Positions 57,201 through 64,000 of a stretch of DNA of 64,000 nucleotides are shown here, piece after piece. The translations under genes were made by a program, and so were the position numbers. The stretch comes from Mantamonas sphyraenae STR306 (Eukaryota; Protista; CRuMs): NCBI GenBank assembly GCA_026936335.1, contig JAPMXV010000017.1, positions 124,001-188,000 on the forward strand, read 5' to 3'. Positions within the stretch are counted from its first letter, which is position 1, and each line of letters begins with the position of its first letter. The notes beneath the pieces are model-generated. The model searched no databases. It had not been told where the DNA came from and saw only the letters and a program-made list of their open reading frames with translations.

Positions 57201-60200
57201 TGCGGAAAAGGTGCGCGTGTGGCTGGTGCGCAAAAAGTTGCGACGTGCGGCGTGGGCGGTGTATGCATTTGTGGTGATTCGGGACTTGATGGCACAGCGG
57301 CGGCTGCACAAGGCGGCGTGTGACATCCAAGTGTGGGCGCGTGCGTGCTTGCGGCGCAAAATGCGTGCGCGTGTGCGCGCAAACGCTCCGGTGATCATCC
57401 AAAAGGTGGTGCGTGGCTTTCTGGCACGCAAGGCGTTTGCACCCAAGTTTGAGCAGCACAAGGAGGCGATGCGTGCGGAGAGGGAGCGCAAGGCGGAGTT
57501 GGAGCGGCAACGCAAGGAAGAAGAGCGCAAGGCCGCGGTGCGTGCCAAGCTCCTGGAGAAGCAACGCAAGAAGAAGGAGGAAGAGCGCAAGGCGGCGTTG
57601 GAGAAGCAGATTGCAGAGGAGAAGAAGAGGAGGTTGGAACAGCTGGAAGAGGAGCGCAAGGTGACACAGGCACGCATCGAGGAACTGGAGGGGTCGCAAA
57701 AGGAGCAACGAGGACGCATCGAGGAACTGGAGGAGCAGCTGCGCACGATGGAAAAGGAACACGAGGAGGCACGTGCCAAGTGGGAGGCGCAGCTGGCCAA
57801 AGAACGTGACGAGGCAGCGGCCGAGGTGAAAGAGGCGCGAGAGGAGCACGCACGAGAACGCAAGGCGCTGGAGGAAGAGCTTGCGCGTGTGAAGGAGGTT
57901 GAAATGGCGACCATGCGAGAGACCCATGCGCGGGAAAGGAAGGCACTGGAAGAGGAGCTGGCCGAGGTGAAGGAGGTGGAGATGCATGGGATGCGGGAAT
58001 CGCACGCAGAGGAGAAACGGGCGTTGGAGGAGGAGGTGCGTGCGGCGAAGCAAGAGGTGGAGGAGGCACAAAAGGCACACGAGGTGGCAATGGCGGGTCT
58101 GCGGAAGGAGTTTGAGGTGGAGCGGGAGGCGTGGGAAGAAGCCAAGGCGGAGGAAAGCGCGAGCCAAGGGAGGGCCATGCGAGAAACGGAAAGCCAACAT
58201 GCGATGGAAGTGAGCAAGCTGCAGGGGGAGGTGGCACGCGTGGAGGCAGAAAGGGACGGCAAGTCGGCGCAGCTGGAGGAAGTGACGGAGCGCCTGGAGG
58301 AGACGCGCAAGACACTGCAGCAGACGCAAGACAAGCACAAGGCGGCCGAGACGGAGTGGAGAGAGAAGGAGAGGGAGCTGGAAGAATCTGCGAGGAAGGC
58401 GAGCAGCGAAGCAACGCGGGTCGGGGCAGATCTGGAGACGAGGACAAAGGAACTGGCAGCGAGTGAAGGCAAGCTGGTGGAGGAGAAGAAGAAGCACGAA
58501 GAGACGCGTGCGGAGCTGGAGGGCCGTGTGGCGGAGCTGAGCGTGTCACTAAAGGCAACACAGGAGGAGCGGCGCCAGCTGGAGCTGAGCGTGGAGGCGA
58601 AGCAAAGCGAAATCGAATTGCTGGGAGCGTCGTCGGAGAATGACGTGAAGCGGGTGGAGGTTCAGCTGCAGAGCATGCGGGACAACGCAGAGACGCTGCG
58701 GAAGGAGCTGGCAACGAGCCAGGAGGAGCACAGGCGAGAGACATCTGAGCTGAACGAACGAGTGCGTGAGCTGAGCGTGCAGGTGAGGGGTCTGGAAGAG
58801 GAGAAGCGTGTGTTGGAAGAGGAGGCGGGCCGTGTGGCGAGCGAGCAGGAGGCAGCAGGAAAGGCAGCACGGGAGACGGAAGGTGTTCTGCGCGTGGAAA
58901 TGGAGGAGTTGCGTGGATCGGTGGCGTCGCTGGAGGCGCGGCTGGCAGAGAGCGAGCGAGCGTTGCGTGAGAGCCAGGACGCAGAGGGAGACGCACAGCG
59001 TGCGCTGAGGGAGCAGAAGCAGCGTGCGGAACTCGAGGTGCGCGAGGTGCGTGCGGAGCTGGAAATTGCAGAGGCGAGTCGAAAGGAGAAGGAGGTGGCT
59101 TTGGAGGAGCTGCGTGCGACGTACCAGAGCCAACGTGAGGAAAGCGAACAGGCACGAAGCGACATGCGTGGCGTGCGAAAAGAGATGGACGAAGCTGTGG
59201 CAGCGGCGCACAAGAACTTGGCCGAAGCAGAGGCGGAGAAGAGGAGCGCAGAGGCGGCGGCGAATGCGCTGCGTGTGGAGCTGCAGGCGGCACACGAGAG
59301 GAGCGAGGCGGAGCGGAAGAGGCTGGGAGGGCAGGTGACGCGGCAGCAGGAGGAATGGGACGCAGAGAGGCAGCTAAGCCAGGAGGAAAAGAGCAGGTTG
59401 CGCGATCAAATCAGCGAGCTGGAACTGAGTATTGCAGAAGGGGCGAGCGAGCGCAAGCGGCTTGAGTTGGAATTGGCTGGTGTGGACGGTCGCATGGAGG
59501 AGAAGGAGAAGGCGCATGCGTTTGTGGTTGCAGACCTGGAGCACAGGCTGGCGGAGGCGACGGAGGAGTTGAAGGAGATGGAAGCGTTGGAGAAGGAACG
59601 GGACGCGGTGCGTGCGCAGAGTGGGGTGTTGAGCGAAGAGGTGCGGAAACTGCTGCAGGTGGTGGAGACACAACAGGGGGAGATGAGTGCGTTGCAAGGG
59701 ACGATGGAACATCTGGAAGAGGAACTGGAGGGACACGTGGAAGAGAGCCGTGGGATGGCAGAGGTGCTGCGGCGACGGACACAGGAAGTGGTTGTGTGCA
59801 AGGCACAGATCGTGGGCAAGGATGGGGAGCTTCGACGGCTGCGTGCAATGGAAGGCGAGTACGAACACCTGAAGGAGAACCTGGAAACGATCAATGCAGA
59901 GGTGCAGCGTGAGGAGGCGGAGCTGCGTGAAGAGATCCAGGGACTGGTGGAGGTGCGTTCGAAATTGAAGGAGAGGATTGTGCAGATGAACGGGTACATC
60001 GAGGAGCAAGAAAAGACGATTGCGATGCAGGAGCGGATCCGGTACTCGCTGGACAAGCCGTTGGAGGACGGGGCACTGGTGGAGTTTGACGGGACAACGC
60101 AGATGCTGCTGAGCATGCGACACCAGCTGGAGGCGGAGTACATGGGCCTGGATGAAGGGGACACGGCAAACCAAAAGGCCAACCTGGAGGAGCAGATTGC

Positions 60201-60783
60201 GCTGTACAAAACACTGCTGTGGAGGCAGCTGAAGGCGCTGCGGACACAGGTGGTGGAGCAGGAGCGGCACAACCGAGAGGTGGGACGGAAGCTGGCGACG
60301 GAGATGCGGGACTCGAAAAAGACGTACGAGCACGACATCCAGGCGATGCGGAAGTGGGTGAGCAAGCTGGAGGCGGAGGCGGAAGGGATCAAAGATTTGC
60401 TGGAGCCCGAACGGAAGAAGCGGAAGGAGGAGGAGGAGCGAAGGAAGGGGCGGAAGAAGAAGAGTGTGTGGCGTGTGGTGAGCGGCGACCCCGTGGACGT
60501 AGCTGTGGGCGCGGTGCTGAACCAGCGCAACGGGACGGTGTTGGATTTGGACAAGCTGACGCGGGTCAGTGCAGGGATTTATGTGTACGATGGACGGCAG
60601 TTTGTGGTACGGCTGACGAATGGGCGGCCCATGGTGCGAGTAGGTGGCGGGTGGAACCACTTTGACGAGTATGCAGAGACGTTGAACTCGGGAGTGAATT
60701 CCGTGCAGCAGCGCACGCGCGAAAAGCTTGGCAAGAGGGTGATGGACCTTTTGGACGATGAGGAAGAAGAGGAAGAGGAGTGA
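54216..60783 (+). CDS. Myosin-VI-like heavy chain with SAH, long coiled coil and C-terminal GAS2/GAR domain; 1-bp frameshift at ~57126-57131
   Basis: Exons from 54216, ~54413, 54758, 55021 and 55521. [51 protein letters not shown] motifs, MVRVGGGW. Confidence 0.9.
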
Positions 60784-61065
60784 TGGGTCGATGGGTCAAT
60801 GGGTCAGGGGTGGAATGTACAGGGGGGTTGGAACTTCAACACGCCCGAGTTGCCCGTGACATGGTGTTGGAGTTGCAGCGGGAGCTGTGGGGTAAAGGTT
60901 GTGTTGTCGATTCTCGACAGGCTGTTGTTTGTGTTGTTTGTGTTGGACTGCATGATTTGGATGGCTGCTGGGAGGGTGTGTGGCGTTTGCGGGACTTGTT
61001 TGCAAGAGTGTGGGAGGAATGGATGAGCACCACCGATGAAACGCTTCTGCATTGGTCGTTGATGA

Positions 61066-61908
61066 TTACTGGAGCTGTCGGGAGCGAGCTTCTTCGAGGA
61101 TGGCCTCTTCTTCATCGTCCACGTCTTCGTCCACCAGGGATTGCTGAACTGCTTCTTGAACCTGGGCCTGGAGCGATGTCTGGCTCTGTTCAAGCAGAGC
61201 CTGGAGCATTGCAAGACGCATCGTCTGAGCTTGCATCGGCTGCTGCGTCTGCTGCTGCTGCTGCTGGCCTGTGCTGGCTGGTGCAGGGTCGGCGGAGAGG
61301 CTCAGCAGGCTCAGGCTCGACAGAGGGCTCATGGGCATCGCGTTGCCCGTGTTGGCATTGCTGGTGTTGTTGTTGGTGTTGTTGCTGTCCATTGTGTGCT
61401 CGAGATGGGTGATTGGAATGCAGTGACGAGCGCAGCAGCGGACTGCTTGGCAAACAAGTTCGCGACGAATTCCGTGTTGCATCCTGTCCCAGGAAAAGCC
61501 GCCCCTGGCGAAAAAAGGATTCAACAAGCACTGCACAGGCAAGTCTGGAAAACGATAAGTTCACTTTTATGCTCACAGCTCGTTCTGGCGGTCGCGCAAC
61601 TGCGCTTCCACTTGGTTCTGGAGGGTGAGGACCTGGGACGCCATCTGTTCTCGCAGCGCCTGCAGTTCGTTTGTTTGGCGTTCCATGGACGTGATTTGCT
61701 GGCTCATCGACTCCACGTCTCCACGTGCATCGTTTGCGCGGTTGACGTCGCTCTCGAGCTCGTCGCGGGCACCCTCTGTGTTTTCCAGATTCACGGACAG
61801 CTCCGCTGCACGGCTCTCCATCTCGGCCACGCGAGCATACATGGCAGCCATCTCCATTTCCAATGCCATCATTCGCTCCATTTCGGCAGCACGCTCTTCG
61901 TTGCTCAT
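61066..61908 (-). CDS. Uncharacterised coiled-coil protein (two exons)
   Basis: Heptad-rich exon 61908-61577 with donor GTGAGC; second coding-like exon ending at 61066. Confidence 0.55.
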
Positions 61909-61952
61909 CTCTCTGCGCTGCTGTTTGGATGGTTGGTGTGCCGCGTGTGGCG

Positions 61953-63797
61953 TCAGGTGCTGCCACCACCACCAAACATGTCTGCAATGGTGCGCTGGCG
62001 CTTCTTGGCCTTGCCACCCACGCCTTGAAGCCGTTCACGCTTGTGTCCGTGCTTGAGGTCCATGGCAAAGTGCCAGTCTGCGTGCTCCATGCGCCTGGAG
62101 ACCTCGACCCACCCACCGCACTTGACACACAATTCCTTGGCCTCTGCTTCTGGTGTGATGTTTCTTTGTGATTGTGTGTGCTTGTTCTTGTGTGACTGTG
62201 ATTGTGTGCTCGAGCTCCTGGACAGGTGTGGATGTGCATCGTCCTCATCCTGCGCACGCTCGCCATCTCCACGCCCATGCTCGTCATCATCCTCGTTCTC
62301 GTCTTGTTGGTACGGCACCCAATCGTCATCCTGGGTGTGCAAACCGTCCTCAGCGTCGTGCTCGCAACCTGAAGAGGCGTTGTGTGCGCCAAACATGGCG
62401 CTGATGTCTCCCATGCCCTGGGTGCTGGAAAAGTTGGTGGCGGTCAGTCCCAGCCAGTGGCAGGGATAGCGCACACGTTGGGGAAATGCCTGAAAGAGGG
62501 CGAGGCCAGCTTCTACCAGGCGTGCAGAGAGCTTGTCCTCGGGCGTGCTCATGCTGTACGATGGCATGGCCATGGATTTGTGGAGGGTGGCATAGCGTGT
62601 CCCTCCCGGCTTGGACACACCCAAGGTCAACGTGCGTGCGACGCGTCGTTTTGTGTTGAGCTCGTGCAACACGCGGTCGGCAATGTCTGCAGCTAGGGAC
62701 TCCATCCATGGCCTCACCCCGCTCAGTTGCCACACCTTTTCAAAGTTCTTTGCAGCCAGCATGGAACGCAACTCTTCACGCTCACGCACTGGTTCGTGAT
62801 CGATGCCATTGGCCACCCCAATGGCCCAGGAGGCTGCTTCGTGCGACAATGACCCGTCTCCCGATGTCAGTTCGTCCACAGACGCACGTGCCAGCTGGCC
62901 GGCTGTCTCGATGCCCAGGCGGGTCAAGCGTCGTCCCAATTTCCCACCTAAGTTGCGAATGTCGCCCAGCGGGGTTTGCTCCATGAGGGCAGGCAGGCAA
63001 CTGAGGGGTGCCAGAGTCATCTGGTTGGGCTTGTGCATGGAGGAGATGAGCTTGGCCACACTTTTGTTGTGTGCAATGCCTGCCTTCATGGTGTACCCAA
63101 GGGTGTCGTACACGTGAGCACGCACCTCCTGGGCCAGGCACATGCCCAGAAGCAACCGGTGATCAAGCTCGTTGCTGGCCGGCTTGAAGAACGGCGCGTC
63201 GGCATATGTCAACGCTTCCGGATCCACCACACTGCTGATGCCTGCGTCCTTGCCGTCGGTGCCCACCACGTGCCACTTGCTCACTGCCGCCGGACTGCCA
63301 ATCATGCGTTGGATGTACGCCTCGTCGCCTCGCTCAGCAACCAGCTTGTCCACAAAGGCAGTGGCGTCGATGAACACCTCGTCAATGCTGGCCTTTTCAA
63401 TAATAAGTTCGTATGCGCCAAACTGCTTGCGGATGGCTGCCATGATGCGTGCGCTCTCGCGACGGTAGCGTTCAAGCGACACCTTGCCGTTCCTCAACTC
63501 GACCTGGCACACTTGCAGGTCCGGCACCAGCTTCAGTGCCTCCTCCACATTGGTCATGCGCTTGATGCCGCGCTTTTTGGCTGGGTAATTAGCGGCAATA
63601 AGCGCATTCCACTGCGCAACACCAACGGGAACCTCGGCGGGAATCCCGCGGACAATCGCCTCCGCCTGCGCGTAAAAGGCGTCCAGGTCGACCATGATGA
63701 CCACTCGGTCTGGCGTCGATCCACTCCCCTGTACATCCGTCACACTTTCGTTGAGGAAGGGCATGTCGTCCTCCTCCTCGCCCTCCAGCCTGCTCAT
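61953..63797 (-). CDS. POLH: Y-family DNA polymerase eta
   Basis: VDLDAFYAQ, QWNALIAANYPAK, SLERYRRES, EKASIDE, AGIAHNK..AK, KPNQ, LGGKLG, UBZ CVKC...EHADWHFAMDL, NLS and PIP-like QRTIADMF. Confidence 0.93.
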   Translation of the reverse strand: MSRLEGEEEDDMPFLNESVTDVQGSGSTPDRVVIMVDLDAFYAQAEAIVRGIPAEVPVGVAQWNALIAANYPAKKRGIKRMTNVEEALKLVPDLQVCQVELRNGKVSLERYRRESARIMAAIRKQFGAYELIIEKASIDEVFIDATAFVDKLVAERGDEAYIQRMIGSPAAVSKWHVVGTDGKDAGISSVVDPEALTYADAPFFKPASNELDHRLLLGMCLAQEVRAHVYDTLGYTMKAGIAHNKSVAKLISSMHKPNQMTLAPLSCLPALMEQTPLGDIRNLGGKLGRRLTRLGIETAGQLARASVDELTSGDGSLSHEAASWAIGVANGIDHEPVREREELRSMLAAKNFEKVWQLSGVRPWMESLAADIADRVLHELNTKRRVARTLTLGVSKPGGTRYATLHKSMAMPSYSMSTPEDKLSARLVEAGLALFQAFPQRVRYPCHWLGLTATNFSSTQGMGDISAMFGAHNASSGCEHDAEDGLHTQDDDWVPYQQDENEDDDEHGRGDGERAQDEDDAHPHLSRSSSTQSQSHKNKHTQSQRNITPEAEAKELCVKCGGWVEVSRRMEHADWHFAMDLKHGHKRERLQGVGGKAKKRQRTIADMFGGGGST

Positions 63798-64000
63798 TCC
63801 TCGTTTCTGCTGCGGGTGTGCGCGCAAACACGGTCGACGGGTGAGGATGTGGTTGGTGATGTGTGGACAGAGAGGGAGTGGAAAGGTGCACGCACGTTGG
63901 GGGGCAAGTGGTCTTGTGTGTGTCTGTGCAGTGCGATGTCCGGGGCACCGCTTTCTTTTTGTGCAATCCATGTCATTGCGCACCAACAGTTTGGAATCAT

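Overview
GC-rich, very gene-dense eukaryotic (protist-like) DNA with short GT-AG introns, standard genetic code and about 24 host genes. Recognisable host genes include PSMD4/Rpn10, SAP30BP, a cytochrome b5-like protein, PITP, a NEK kinase, PTH2, PCIF1, NADSYN1, cyclin Y, MED20, myotubularin, a myosin and Pol eta. The main discovery is an intron-free ~8.6 kb insertion (about 32473-41117) between NADSYN1 and its upstream neighbour. It is flanked by TA and has weak, imperfect terminal inverted repeats. It encodes a DD34E IS630/Tc1-mariner transposase with a Pax-like paired domain and a giant 2053-aa Fanzor (eukaryotic TnpB/Cas12-related RNA-guided nuclease). The Fanzor has a rearranged but complete RuvC triad and an N-terminal USP/USPL1-like cysteine-protease domain, and is followed by a structured ~105-nt omegaRNA candidate at the right end. 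Other notable items: a head-to-head OgdA-like ThDP decarboxylase plus ALDH21-like dehydrogenase pair (possible 2-oxoglutarate bypass of bacterial origin); a myosin-VI-like motor with a C-terminal GAS2/GAR domain; a Kelch/coiled-coil/VCA Arp2/3-activator candidate; a PHTF-like 7TM protein; and PCIF1 with an altered catalytic motif. All assignments come from motifs read by eye; no database searches were run.
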